This document shows positions 37,246-46,976 of a stretch of DNA of 64,000 nt, piece by piece. This stretch comes from Bacteroidales bacterium (lineage in GTDB: Bacteria > Bacteroidota > Bacteroidia > Bacteroidales > P3), in the NCBI GenBank assembly GCA_036653535.1, contig JAVVTR010000002.1, positions 71,837-135,836 on the forward strand, written 5' to 3'. The notes beneath the pieces are model-generated. The model was given only the letters and a program-made list of their open reading frames with translations. It was not told where the DNA came from and ran no database searches. A program made the position numbers and the translations under genes. The stretch's first letter is position 1; every line of letters begins with the position of its first letter.

Positions 37246-37809
37246 TTAAATCATTTCGATAAAATACCGATGAATAGAAAAGTCTTCCGTTAGTTCTGGG
37301 TGAAAACTGGCTGCCAACATGTTTTTTTCTCTTACTAAAACCGGATGATTTTCGTAAGAGGATAAAATTTCTATGTTTTTCCCTATACTAGATATGCGCG
37401 GAGCGCGTATAAATACGGCTGGAACAGGATGTGAAATTCCTTTAACTTCTAATTCGGTAATAAAACTATTTATTTGTGACCCGTAAGCATTGCGTACAAC
37501 ACAAGTATCCATAAGGCCAATATTGGCTTGTTCGCTTTGGTCAATATGTTTGGAAAGAAGAATCATTCCGGCACAAGTACCAAAAACAGGCATGCCATCC
37601 AATATGCGTTGACGAAGCGGTTCTAAAAGATGAAACCAAAGAAGCTGACGACCCATGGCCGTACTTTCTCCACCTGGTAAAATAAGGGCATCTACCTGAT
37701 TTAGGGTTTCTAAGGTTTTTACAGGAATAAAAGTATGTCCTAATTTTTGTATAATTTGGGCATGCTCTTCTATGGCTCCTTGTATGGATAGAACTCCAAC
37801 TTTCTTCAT
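37246..37809 (-). CDS. pdxT: pyridoxal 5'-phosphate synthase glutaminase subunit PdxT
   Basis: GVLSIQGA, LPGGEST, GTCAGMILL (catalytic Cys) and FHPELT motifs. Confidence 0.92.
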   Translation of the reverse strand: MKKVGVLSIQGAIEEHAQIIQKLGHTFIPVKTLETLNQVDALILPGGESTAMGRQLLWFHLLEPLRQRILDGMPVFGTCAGMILLSKHIDQSEQANIGLMDTCVVRNAYGSQINSFITELEVKGISHPVPAVFIRAPRISSIGKNIEILSSYENHPVLVREKNMLAASFHPELTEDFSIHRYFIEMI

Positions 37810-37844
37810 CTTTTTTTGAACTTAGCTCAATTATTAAAAATAGA

Positions 37845-37891
37845 AACTGTCTAATTTTGTTAACGAATGAGGTTTGTAAAATTAGACAGTT
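37845..37891 (-). terminator. intercistronic hairpin between pdxS and pdxT (possible partial terminator)
   Basis: A perfect 14-bp inverted repeat, aactgtctaatttt (37845-37858) / aaaattagacagtt (37878-37891), with a 19-nt loop. On the minus-strand RNA it is followed by ttctattttt. Confidence 0.45.
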
Positions 37892-37905
37892 CCCTTAGAT
37901 TTTAA

Positions 37906-38799
37906 TTACCAGCCTCTATTGGCAAATAAACTCTTTTCGTCTAATTGGCGTATATCAATACCGTGCATGGGCTCTCCCAAATCTTCGGAAAGAAGTGCTA
38001 AACGAGCAGGATCATTATAATGAGTGGTCGCTTCCACAATGGCTTTGGCTACTTTTTGAGGATTACTGGATTTGAAAATACCAGATCCAACAAAAACGGA
38101 TTCGGCCCCAAGTTGACGCATTAATGCGGCATCGGCAGGGGTAGCAACACCACCAGCTGAAAAATTCGGAACCGGTAATTTTCCTGTTTTAGCTATTTCG
38201 CAAACTAATTCATAAGGAGCTTGTAGATTCTTAGCTTCTGTCATTAATTCTTCATTACTTAATACGGTAAGGCGATGAATACCGGTTAATAGGGCTCTCA
38301 TGTGACGAACAGCTTCTACAATATTTCCTGTTCCGGCTTCTCCCTTAGTACGAATTAGAGCAGCACCTTCTCCTATACGGCGTAAGGCTTCTCCTAAATT
38401 GCGACAACCACAAACAAAAGGAATTTTAAAATCTTTTTTGTAAATGTGAAAATCTTCGTCTGCTGGAGTTAAAACTTCACTCTCATCAATAAAATCAATA
38501 CCTAAAGATTCTAAAATTTGAGCCTCTACAAAGTGGCCAATACGGCATTTTGCCATAACAGGAATGCTTACACAGGCTTTAATCTCCTTTATCATTTTAG
38601 GGTCACTCATGCGAGCAACACCCCCTTGAGCACGTATATCGGACGGAACCCGTTCCAAAGCCATAACAGCGATGGCACCAGCGTCTTCGGCAATTTTAGC
38701 CTGCTCAGCATTGGTTACATCCATGATTACGCCATTTTTAAGCATCTCGGCCAAGCCAAGTTTGATTTTCCAATCCTTTGATTTTGTTGAATCTTCCAT
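37906..38799 (-). CDS. pdxS: pyridoxal 5'-phosphate synthase lyase subunit PdxS
   Basis: Highly conserved PdxS sequence ([52 protein letters not shown]). Confidence 0.95.
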   Translation of the reverse strand: MEDSTKSKDWKIKLGLAEMLKNGVIMDVTNAEQAKIAEDAGAIAVMALERVPSDIRAQGGVARMSDPKMIKEIKACVSIPVMAKCRIGHFVEAQILESLGIDFIDESEVLTPADEDFHIYKKDFKIPFVCGCRNLGEALRRIGEGAALIRTKGEAGTGNIVEAVRHMRALLTGIHRLTVLSNEELMTEAKNLQAPYELVCEIAKTGKLPVPNFSAGGVATPADAALMRQLGAESVFVGSGIFKSSNPQKVAKAIVEATTHYNDPARLALLSEDLGEPMHGIDIRQLDEKSLFANRGW

Positions 38800-38870
38800 T
38801 TTAAATGATATTATTATAATGATTTGTAATAAGTTGCGATAAATAAAGAAAGGGTTTCCTTAAAATCCTG

Positions 38871-38878
38871 CAAAGATA
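38871..38878 (-). promoter_or_regulatory. candidate -7 box (TATCTTTG on the minus strand) for pdxS
   Basis: Matches the Bacteroidota TAnnTTTG consensus. It lies 72 nt upstream of the pdxS ATG. Confidence 0.4.
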
Positions 38879-38935
38879 CATTAAAAAATTAATCTTTTTT
38901 ATAAATATTGCTTTCCGAAAGTAAAAAAAAATGAC

Positions 38936-38943
38936 TATTTTTG
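38936..38943 (+). promoter_or_regulatory. candidate -7 box (TATTTTTG) for the PUR-like gene
   Basis: TAnnTTTG match 43 nt upstream of ATG 38986. It overlaps the alternative upstream start at 38941, which argues against that start. Confidence 0.45.
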
Positions 38944-38985
38944 CCTTTTAAATATAAAGCTAACCTTACAAAACATAAATATAAA

Positions 38986-39357
38986 ATGGAAGACTTTGGA
39001 CAAGGCAGGGATAAAGACAAAGATGAGGTATACACGAAAGCTGTAAAAGCAGGGAAGAGAACCTATTTTATGGATGTCAAGGAAATGAAATCGGGAGAGT
39101 TGTACCTGACCATAACGGAGAGTAAACGGCAATTTGACGAGAGTCAGTCTAAATTCGTTTTTGAAAAACATAAAATTTTTCTTTACAAAGAAGATTTTGA
39201 AAAGTTTGTGAAAGCTTTAACTCAGACTATAGGTTTCATAGAAACGGGAGAAATTCCAGAAGAGGATAAAATAGAGGTGAGTGTAAAAGAAACCACCTAT
39301 CCTAAAGCGGTATCGGACGTAGATCTAGAATTTGATAATTTGGGATCAAATCATTAG
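38986..39357 (+). CDS. PUR-alpha-like DNA/RNA-binding protein (DUF3276)
   Basis: 123 aa. VYTKAVKAGKRTYFMDVKEMKSGELYLTITESKR...KHKIFLYKEDFEKF matches the PUR-repeat pattern of Bacteroidota DUF3276 proteins as I recall it. Confidence 0.72.
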   Translation: MEDFGQGRDKDKDEVYTKAVKAGKRTYFMDVKEMKSGELYLTITESKRQFDESQSKFVFEKHKIFLYKEDFEKFVKALTQTIGFIETGEIPEEDKIEVSVKETTYPKAVSDVDLEFDNLGSNH

Positions 39358-39381
39358 TGTGGTGATACTCTGATTTTTAAA

Positions 39382-39406
39382 GCTGTTCATTTTGAACGGC
39401 TTTTTT
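39382..39406 (+). terminator. rho-independent terminator after the PUR-like gene
   Basis: The stem is gctgttc / gaacggc (7 bp, one G-U) with loop atttt, followed by tttttt. Confidence 0.6.
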
Positions 39407-39448
39407 CGTTTTTTAATAGGTCAAAATAAGAGAAAGGAATTTAAAGGA

Positions 39449-40246
39449 ATGGGGAAAGTAATTTCGATTACCAATCAAAAAGGAGGAGTGGGGAAAACCA
39501 CCACGGCCATTAATCTTAGCGCAGCTTTGGCTGCATTAGAAAAAAAAGTTTTGTTGATGGATGCGGATCCGCAAGCAAATGCCACCTCTGGTAGTGGTTT
39601 TAATCCCGATCATATTTCTAATAATATTTATGAGTGTTTAATGGGAGACGTGGAGCCGGAACAAGTGATTATGAAAACAGCAACCAAACATTTAGATTTA
39701 TTGCCCTCCCATATAGATTTAGTAGGTGCGGAATTGGAAATGATAGGTATGCCTCATAGAGAAAGTGTATTGCGTAATGTGATTGCCAGATTCAAAGATA
39801 ATTATGATTTTATTATAGTAGATTGTTCCCCTTCTTTAGGCTTAGTAACCATGAATGTCTTGGCCGCCTCGGATTCGGTAATTATTCCGGTACAGTGTCA
39901 ATATTATGCTTTGGAGGGACTGACAAAACTATTGAATACTATACGTATAGTACAAAGTAGGTTCAATCAAAATTTAGAAATGGAAGGTATCCTTCTTACA
40001 ATGTATGATTCGCGTACTCGCTTATCGAAACAGGTCGTTGAAGAAGTTCGTGAACATTTTCAGCAATTGGTTTTTAATACTTTAATTCATAATAATACCA
40101 AACTAGCAGAAGCTCCCAGTTATGGAGAAACGATTTTAACCTACGATATTAATAGTGTAGGGTCTGTAAATTACTTAAATTTAGCTAAGGAAATTTTGCA
40201 GAAAAATGATATGACCAAAATAAGAAATATAGATAAGCAAATATAA
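39449..40246 (+). CDS. parA: chromosome partitioning ATPase ParA/Soj
   Basis: Deviant Walker A NQKGGVGKTTT, plus DADPQANAT and DCSPSLG. I place the start at MGKVISITNQ, because the ORF-track start at 39392 is a TTG inside the upstream terminator. Confidence 0.92.
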   Translation: MGKVISITNQKGGVGKTTTAINLSAALAALEKKVLLMDADPQANATSGSGFNPDHISNNIYECLMGDVEPEQVIMKTATKHLDLLPSHIDLVGAELEMIGMPHRESVLRNVIARFKDNYDFIIVDCSPSLGLVTMNVLAASDSVIIPVQCQYYALEGLTKLLNTIRIVQSRFNQNLEMEGILLTMYDSRTRLSKQVVEEVREHFQQLVFNTLIHNNTKLAEAPSYGETILTYDINSVGSVNYLNLAKEILQKNDMTKIRNIDKQI

Positions 40247-40263
40247 TAATAGGAGAGATTGTA

Positions 40264-41190
40264 ATGACGGCGAAAAGACAAGCTTTGGGAAGAGGATTAA
40301 ATGCTTTAATGTCGGTTAGTATGGACGAAACGATATCCCAACAAATAGCATCTTCTAAGGGAGAGATAGCGGATGCGGAAGTAGGAGTTATTGGTGCTAT
40401 TGCAGCCATACCTATGGATATGATAGAGGCAAATCCATATCAACCAAGAACACAGTTCGATCCAGAGGCATTATCCGAATTAGCCAATTCTATCAAGACC
40501 AATGGTATTATTCAACCAATAACTGTACGTAAAATAGGGAAAAAATATCAATTGATTTCGGGAGAGCGTCGGTTACGAGCCTCTAAAATAGCAGGTCTTA
40601 CCGAGATACCGGCTTATATTCGAATGGTTAATGAGAATGAAGCATTGGAGATGGCTTTGGTGGAAAATATTCAGAGAGAAAATTTAAATGCAATAGATAT
40701 TGCTTTGTCGTATCAGGCTTTGATGGATACTTGTCAATATAACCAAGATAAATTGAGTGTACGGGTGGGGAAAGATAGAAGTACGGTAGCTAATTATTTG
40801 CGCCTTTTGAAACTTCCTGCAGAGGTGCAATTAGCCCTAAAAGATAACAAAATTACCATGGGACATGCGAGGGCTATCATTGCTGTAGAAGAGGATGCCA
40901 AGCAAATAGAATATTTGCGAATGATTATGAATAAAGATCTTTCTGTGCGGGAAGTGGAGCAAATGGTAAGAAATTCGAATTCTTTATCTAATAAAAGTAA
41001 GGCGGGACTCGTAAATTCCGAACAAAACAAAATACACTTGGAATGGTATAACAAGGCCAGTAAAGCTTTGTCTATGAAGTTAGATGCGCCTATAAGTTTT
41101 AAAATGGGCAAAACCGGAAAAGGAAATTTGCTCATTGGCTTTTCTTCAGAAAAAGATTTGGAAAAAATTTTGCATCTATTGAATGAATAA
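40264..41190 (+). CDS. parB: chromosome partitioning protein ParB/Spo0J
   Basis: NPYQPR, the GERRLRA box and LVENIQRENLN are present, and the gene lies directly downstream of parA. Confidence 0.92.
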   Translation: MTAKRQALGRGLNALMSVSMDETISQQIASSKGEIADAEVGVIGAIAAIPMDMIEANPYQPRTQFDPEALSELANSIKTNGIIQPITVRKIGKKYQLISGERRLRASKIAGLTEIPAYIRMVNENEALEMALVENIQRENLNAIDIALSYQALMDTCQYNQDKLSVRVGKDRSTVANYLRLLKLPAEVQLALKDNKITMGHARAIIAVEEDAKQIEYLRMIMNKDLSVREVEQMVRNSNSLSNKSKAGLVNSEQNKIHLEWYNKASKALSMKLDAPISFKMGKTGKGNLLIGFSSEKDLEKILHLLNE

Positions 41191-41198
41191 AATTTCGA

Positions 41199-41942
41199 AT
41201 GAATAATTTTCGATTGCTCTCCTTGTGTATAGGTTGCATGTTATTATCGGTCGTGGTTCATGGCCAAGAATATTTTGCTTTTGCTGTTCCCTCTTTGTCT
41301 GAAATGCAAACTTCGTCTTTGGTTTTGGGCAGGGATAGTCCTACGCCAATTTCCGATAGATTTACTTCTACATCGGATAGAAAAAAGGATACGGTCATAG
41401 ATTTTTCGGGCAGTAAAATAAAGTTAACTTTTGCGCAAAGAAATTCAGGAGCTTTTAAACGAAGGCGTAAGGGGGGGATGCGCTCTGCCGGTACTGCCGC
41501 TCTTTGTTCGGGTTTAGTACCTGGTTTGGGGCAGGTTTATAATGGCCAATGGTATAAAGCCCCTGTAATTTATGCAGGAGCAGCGGTTTTATGGTATTTT
41601 ATAGATTTGAATTTAGGGGAACGCAAAACGTATGATAAAGAAATTCGTGCGAGAAATGATTCTAATGTGGCTAATTTGAATTTAAGTTTAGCTAAATATA
41701 CAACTACAGAAATATTAGATCTTAGAAATTATTATGAGCATAATTTTGAATTGGCAGTTATTATAGCGGGGGTTGTATATCTTTTAAATATTGTGGATGC
41801 GGTAGTTTATGCACATTTATCTAATTTTAATGTTAGTCCAAATTTAAGTTTAAAAATAGAGCCTTATGCACAAACTAATTTTTATGTTAAGCAAGCAATG
41901 CCGTTAGATGTAGGGCTTAAGTTGTGTTTTACTTTTAAATAA
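41199..41942 (+). CDS. DUF5683 domain-containing protein
   Basis: 247 aa with a signal peptide. The LVPGLGQVYNGQWYKAPVIYAG motif and the position between parB and dapB are typical of DUF5683 in Bacteroidota (from memory). Confidence 0.72.
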   Translation: MNNFRLLSLCIGCMLLSVVVHGQEYFAFAVPSLSEMQTSSLVLGRDSPTPISDRFTSTSDRKKDTVIDFSGSKIKLTFAQRNSGAFKRRRKGGMRSAGTAALCSGLVPGLGQVYNGQWYKAPVIYAGAAVLWYFIDLNLGERKTYDKEIRARNDSNVANLNLSLAKYTTTEILDLRNYYEHNFELAVIIAGVVYLLNIVDAVVYAHLSNFNVSPNLSLKIEPYAQTNFYVKQAMPLDVGLKLCFTFK

Positions 41943-41950
41943 AAAGGGAT

Positions 41951-42697
41951 ATGCGAAGTTTGAAAATTGCTTTGATAGGTTACGGTAAAATGGGAAAAGA
42001 AGTGGAAAAAATGGCTATTTCTGCCGGAAATGAGATAGTTTGTAAGATAGATAGTCCAAAGGATTGGTTGGAGCAAGCCGATAATTTTCAAAAAGCGGAT
42101 GTTGCGATTGATTTTTCTACCCCCTTGGTAGTAGTTGACAATATAGAACATTGCTTTTCTGCACACAAACCTATAGTAGTTGGTACTACTGGTTGGCAGG
42201 ATCGTTTGACCTATTTTAAAAATAAGGCCGAAACAGAAAAACAAAGTTTTTTTTATGCTTCTAATTTCAGTATTGGTGTTTCTGTTTTTGGAAGTCTTGT
42301 TCGCTTTTTGTCTCATGCGATGGATACCCAAGAACAATATACTTGCCAAATAGAAGAGACCCATCATATTCACAAATTAGACAAACCCAGTGGTACTGCC
42401 GTTACCATAGCTCAATTGGTCTTAGAGGAAATGAAGAGATATGCTGACTGGAAATTGGATCCGAGCACTACCGAACTTTCTATTGCAGCAAACATGCAGA
42501 CTATACCTATACATAGCAAAAGAGAAGGTGCAGTGGTAGGCACCCATATGGTGAGTTTTGATTCTAAGGAAGATAATATACAAATTATACATACAGCAAA
42601 ATCGAGAGAGGGTTTTGCTTTGGGTGCAGTGCGTGCCGCCGAGTGGTTGATGGGTAAAGCAGGTTGCTTTACAATGAAAGATATGTTGGGCTTTTAA
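41951..42697 (+). CDS. dapB: 4-hydroxy-tetrahydrodipicolinate reductase
   Basis: The NAD-binding N-terminus is IALIGYGKMGK, and EETHHIHKLDKPSGTA is the DapB signature. Confidence 0.92.
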   Translation: MRSLKIALIGYGKMGKEVEKMAISAGNEIVCKIDSPKDWLEQADNFQKADVAIDFSTPLVVVDNIEHCFSAHKPIVVGTTGWQDRLTYFKNKAETEKQSFFYASNFSIGVSVFGSLVRFLSHAMDTQEQYTCQIEETHHIHKLDKPSGTAVTIAQLVLEEMKRYADWKLDPSTTELSIAANMQTIPIHSKREGAVVGTHMVSFDSKEDNIQIIHTAKSREGFALGAVRAAEWLMGKAGCFTMKDMLGF

Positions 42698-42734
42698 GGA
42701 ATGAAAAGTTTTATCTAAAGAAGGGAAGTTTGCT

Positions 42735-45700
42735 ATGAAAAGTCAAATAAATTATGAGCTAAAAGAAAACTATAAATGGATAAAACTCGTATTATGGGGC
42801 TTCCTTTTTTGTATTGTTTTTTCGAATGAAGTTGCAGATGCAGCAACCTATAGACGTACACACAAGCATACACGAACTCTATCTGTTAAACGTGTAAGTG
42901 TCGATACTACATTGTGTTCTACTCCGGATTCCGTTTGGTATGTTATTGTAGATTCTCTCTATTGGCAATCCGACTCTTCTTTATTTACTCCTGCTATTAA
43001 TCGTATTATGGAACAAATGAGTTTGGAAGAAAAGATAGCCCAAACGATGATTGTTCGCTCAGAAAATAATTTTTCCGACGAGAAGTATGTACAAAAAATG
43101 ACCACTAATTTTCAGAAATATGGGTTTGGTGGGGTTTGCTTTTTTAAAGGACAAGCTATAGATATGATTAAATTAGCTTCTATTTATAAGGCAACGTCTA
43201 AAATTCCGCTATTCGTAACTATAGATGGAGAATGGGGGCCAGGGATGAGACTAACCGATGTGTGCAACTTCCCGAGACAGCAAGTATTAGGTGCATTACA
43301 AAATGATAGTTTAATTTACCGGATGGGGTCTTTGGTTGGAGAACAATGCAGACGATTAGGAATACATTGGAATTTTATACCAGTAGTGGATATAAATAAT
43401 AATCCACTTAATCCCGTTATTAATACACGTTCCTTTGGTCAAGATAGAGAGGAGGTGGCTAACAAAGGAATTGCTTATTACTTAGGCATGAAAAGTCAGG
43501 GGATTTTAGGCTCTGCCAAGCATTTTCCAGGGCATGGAGATACGAAAACCGATTCGCATTTTGCTTTGCCCGTAATTAATCATGATCGTGAAACTATAGA
43601 CAGTTTGGATTTATACCCTTTTAAGAAAATGATATCCTCTGGAGTGGAAAGCGTTATGGTTGGGCATTTATATATATCTTCTATAGATACTACCGGCTTG
43701 CCGGCTTCTCTTTCTCCTATCATCGTAGATTCTTTATTGAGAAAAGCTCTAAATTATAGAGGGTTAATTGTTACAGACGGATTGGAGATGAAAGCTGCAA
43801 GGGTAAAAGAGCCCTCAGATGGTCAAGGAGAAACGGAAATACGGGCTTTGCTTGCTGGGGTGGATATGTTGCTTTTACCTTTAAATCCACTCTCTTCTAT
43901 AGAGGCCATTGTTTCTGCGATTAAGACCAAACGATTACCCTATATGCGTTTGGATTTGGCCTGTCGGAGAATATTGAAATACAAAACAGATTCTTCTTTT
44001 TTACAGTTTTATCGCGAAAGTATTTCGAATTCTCTTTTAGAAAACTTATACTCCAAAGTGAATTTGAAAGAAATAGAAGTTTTAAATAGGGAAATTTTCG
44101 AACAAGGAGTTACTTTAGTAGAAAATCATAAAAACATATTACCCTTAAAAGTTTCGTCTTATCCTCGTACGGCATGTTTGCATATAGGAGATAGTATTAG
44201 AGGAGCCTTTGAAAGTTTTTTAGATAAATATGCTTATGTGAAGCATTTTTATTTGCATCGTAATTTCGATTCCATAGTATCCCAAAAAATATTAGATAGT
44301 TTATCGGAATATAACCTATGTATAGTAAGCGTAACTAATACTAATTATACTCCATTAAAAGATTATGGAATTACTCCGGAAACTATTGCTTTGATTAGTC
44401 GGTTGCAAACTTTAGCTTCTCCATTAATATTATCGGTTTTTGCTCCACCTTATTCCCTATCATTATTAGATACTTTACGTGAAATAGATGCTATTTTAGT
44501 TGGTTATCAAGAGTTGGTTCCCGCACAAGAGGTTGTTGCACAAATTATATATGGAGGTCTTCCTGCTTGTGGAAAATTACCGGTAAGTGTTGGAGCACGT
44601 TGGCCTGTGCATACGGGTATTTCCACTAATTCTTGTTCCTTAGCTTATAAATATCCAGAAGAAGTGGGGTGGCATTCTTCCGATTTATTACAAATAGACT
44701 CTTTAGCTCGTCAAGGAATAGACTCTGCTGCTTACCCTGGTTGTCAAATTTTGGTGGCTAAAAATGGAGCGGTGGTATATAATAAGGTTTTTGGGCGGGA
44801 GACCTACGATACACTGTCTAATTTGGTTCAAGTTAATAGTGTATATGATTTAGCTTCCCTAACAAAAATTATGGCTACTACCTTAGTTTATATGAAAATG
44901 TATGAAGAAGGTTTGTATGATTTGGACGACGCTGTTTCTCTTGTTTTACATCATTTACGTAAAGGAAATAAAAAGAAAATAAGTTTTAGACAATTGCTTT
45001 CTCATCAATCGGGTTTAAGATCAGGATGGAATTATGTGGATGACTCTGTTTTTAACGGGTACCCTCTATTTTCTATTAATAAATCATCAAAATATTCGAT
45101 TAAAATTGCAGACAGTCTTTATTTGCAAAAAGATTATATAAAAAAAATTAAAAAAGATATAGATGTTAGTGAGGTGAACCCACACCCATCCTATTTGTAT
45201 AGTGACTTAGGTTTCTTTTATTTGAACGAAGCGGTGAAACACCTAAGTGGAATGGAAATAGATAGGTATTTAAAAAAGCACTTTTACGATTCTTTAGGCT
45301 TGAAATTAATAGGATTTCACCCTTTAGAAAGAATTCCACAAGAGCAAATCATGCCTACCGAAAAAGAGGAAACTTTTCGACATCGTTTATTGAGAGGCTA
45401 TGTTCATGATCCTTTGGTTGCTCTTATGGGTGGAGTAGGTGGATCCGCCGGGCTTTTTTCCAATGTAGAAGACTTAGCGGTTTTATGCCAAATGCTTTTA
45501 CAAAATGGATCTTATGGTGGAGTTCGTTATTTAGATAGTTCTACCATTGCTTTATTTACGAATGCAACGTTTTCGGCTAAAGAGAATAGAAGAGGTGGTG
45601 GTTTTGATAAGCCTCCATTAGAAAACGGACAAGCTTCTCCTTGTTGTGCCTCCGCTTCAAAGAATAGTTATGGACATAGTGGTTTTACAGGAACTTATTT

Positions 45701-45830
45701 TTGGATAGATCCCGACCAAAAATTGGTATATATATTTTTATCCAATAGGGTGTATCCTGTTTCTTTTCCTAATAAATTAAGTAATATGAATATTCGAACC
45801 AATATTCAAGAATGCTTGTATAAATTTTGA
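42735..45830 (+). CDS. fusion of a GH3 beta-N-acetylglucosaminidase (NagZ-like) and a class-C beta-lactamase-like serine hydrolase
   Basis: 1031 aa with a signal/anchor. The GH3 part has KHFPGHGDTKTDSH and VTDGLEM. The C-terminal part has the SxxK motif (ASLTKIMATT), YSDLGF and HSGFTG. Confidence 0.85.
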   Translation: MKSQINYELKENYKWIKLVLWGFLFCIVFSNEVADAATYRRTHKHTRTLSVKRVSVDTTLCSTPDSVWYVIVDSLYWQSDSSLFTPAINRIMEQMSLEEKIAQTMIVRSENNFSDEKYVQKMTTNFQKYGFGGVCFFKGQAIDMIKLASIYKATSKIPLFVTIDGEWGPGMRLTDVCNFPRQQVLGALQNDSLIYRMGSLVGEQCRRLGIHWNFIPVVDINNNPLNPVINTRSFGQDREEVANKGIAYYLGMKSQGILGSAKHFPGHGDTKTDSHFALPVINHDRETIDSLDLYPFKKMISSGVESVMVGHLYISSIDTTGLPASLSPIIVDSLLRKALNYRGLIVTDGLEMKAARVKEPSDGQGETEIRALLAGVDMLLLPLNPLSSIEAIVSAIKTKRLPYMRLDLACRRILKYKTDSSFLQFYRESISNSLLENLYSKVNLKEIEVLNREIFEQGVTLVENHKNILPLKVSSYPRTACLHIGDSIRGAFESFLDKYAYVKHFYLHRNFDSIVSQKILDSLSEYNLCIVSVTNTNYTPLKDYGITPETIALISRLQTLASPLILSVFAPPYSLSLLDTLREIDAILVGYQELVPAQEVVAQIIYGGLPACGKLPVSVGARWPVHTGISTNSCSLAYKYPEEVGWHSSDLLQIDSLARQGIDSAAYPGCQILVAKNGAVVYNKVFGRETYDTLSNLVQVNSVYDLASLTKIMATTLVYMKMYEEGLYDLDDAVSLVLHHLRKGNKKKISFRQLLSHQSGLRSGWNYVDDSVFNGYPLFSINKSSKYSIKIADSLYLQKDYIKKIKKDIDVSEVNPHPSYLYSDLGFFYLNEAVKHLSGMEIDRYLKKHFYDSLGLKLIGFHPLERIPQEQIMPTEKEETFRHRLLRGYVHDPLVALMGGVGGSAGLFSNVEDLAVLCQMLLQNGSYGGVRYLDSSTIALFTNATFSAKENRRGGGFDKPPLENGQASPCCASASKNSYGHSGFTGTYFWIDPDQKLVYIFLSNRVYPVSFPNKLSNMNIRTNIQECLYKF

Positions 45831-45850
45831 AAAACAATTTATAGGATTCT

Positions 45851-46975
45851 TTATAGGTAGACGGCTCCCCCTATATTATCTATAGTAGCACCGGTAACAC
45901 TACGAAGGCAATTCTCTTGTCCTGTATAACGGAGTATGCCTAAAAAAGAAAAAATAAGAGCTTCTTTGTAGTTAATAATTAGAGGGTCTATATGTTCTGC
46001 AATATGGATGGAACTCAGAGTGCGAATACGATCCATTAAAAAAGTATTAAAAGCCCCTCCTCCTGTTACGAGCATTTGTTTTTCTGTAGATTCAAATTCT
46101 TTAGAAGGACTAAGGTCGGACTTAGAGGGATGGCAAATTGCAGCTATTTGCATAGCAATATGTTCACTAACAGTTCTAAGAAGATTATAAAAAATTTCCG
46201 GACTTTGGTGTTTTTGTTCAGAGAGGTAAGTGTTTATAATGGGAAAAAAAGAAGACTCATACCATTCCGCTCCTAAGGATTTAGGGGCCGTTTTTTTATA
46301 GAAGGATAGATGGTTTAAATCTTGCAAGACAGAGTCTATAATAATACCTTTACGTGCAAAATTTCCCTCGGCATCGTAAGAATATCCCAATTTTCGAGAT
46401 AGAAAATTCAAGGCCATATTACAAGGAGATATATCAAAAGCAATACGTTCTTGTTTCTCATTTTTATAAGAAATATTAGCAATTCCTCCTAAATTAAGAC
46501 AATAATCATAGTTTGGGAAAAGAAAGTGATCCCCTATTGGCACTAAAGGGGCCCCTTGTCCACCCAAAGCAACATCTTTATTTCGAAATTCATGGATAAT
46601 GGGAATGCCGCATTCTGCAGCTATGGCGGATCCTTCACCAATTTGCAGGGTCAGTCTTTTTTCTGGTTGATGAAAGATAGTGTGTCCATGTACTGCTGCA
46701 AAATCGGGTTTTGGATTGTATCCACGAATAAAATCTCGAATGTGTATCCCCAAAAGATGTCCGTAATCTACATTAAGAAGGCTCAACTCTAAACCACTAA
46801 GATGTGGCGCTTGTTTTAGACGGTTTTGCCATTGGGTAGAATAGGGAATGGTAATGGATTCTTTCATGCTAAAAGACCAGTTCATGGAGGAGTCTTGAAC
46901 AAAGAGGGTGTGTAACAAATCTACCCCGTCTAAAGAGGTGCCAGACATAAGACCGATAACATTAAATGAAGCCAT
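45851..46975 (-). CDS. anmK: anhydro-N-acetylmuramic acid kinase
   Basis: GLMSGTSLDGVD at the N-terminus and LNLGGIANIS, with the length typical of AnmK. Confidence 0.9.
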   Translation of the reverse strand: MASFNVIGLMSGTSLDGVDLLHTLFVQDSSMNWSFSMKESITIPYSTQWQNRLKQAPHLSGLELSLLNVDYGHLLGIHIRDFIRGYNPKPDFAAVHGHTIFHQPEKRLTLQIGEGSAIAAECGIPIIHEFRNKDVALGGQGAPLVPIGDHFLFPNYDYCLNLGGIANISYKNEKQERIAFDISPCNMALNFLSRKLGYSYDAEGNFARKGIIIDSVLQDLNHLSFYKKTAPKSLGAEWYESSFFPIINTYLSEQKHQSPEIFYNLLRTVSEHIAMQIAAICHPSKSDLSPSKEFESTEKQMLVTGGGAFNTFLMDRIRTLSSIHIAEHIDPLIINYKEALIFSFLGILRYTGQENCLRSVTGATIDNIGGAVYL

Positions 46976-46976
46976 A

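Noticed and set aside
39392-39448. TTG-extended parA start.
   Set aside because: The TTG lies inside the terminator hairpin of the upstream gene. ParA homology starts at MGKVISITNQKGGVGKTT.
41882-42373. 163-aa minus-strand ORF.
   Set aside because: It is antisense to dapB and the end of the DUF5683 gene, and its composition is not protein-like.
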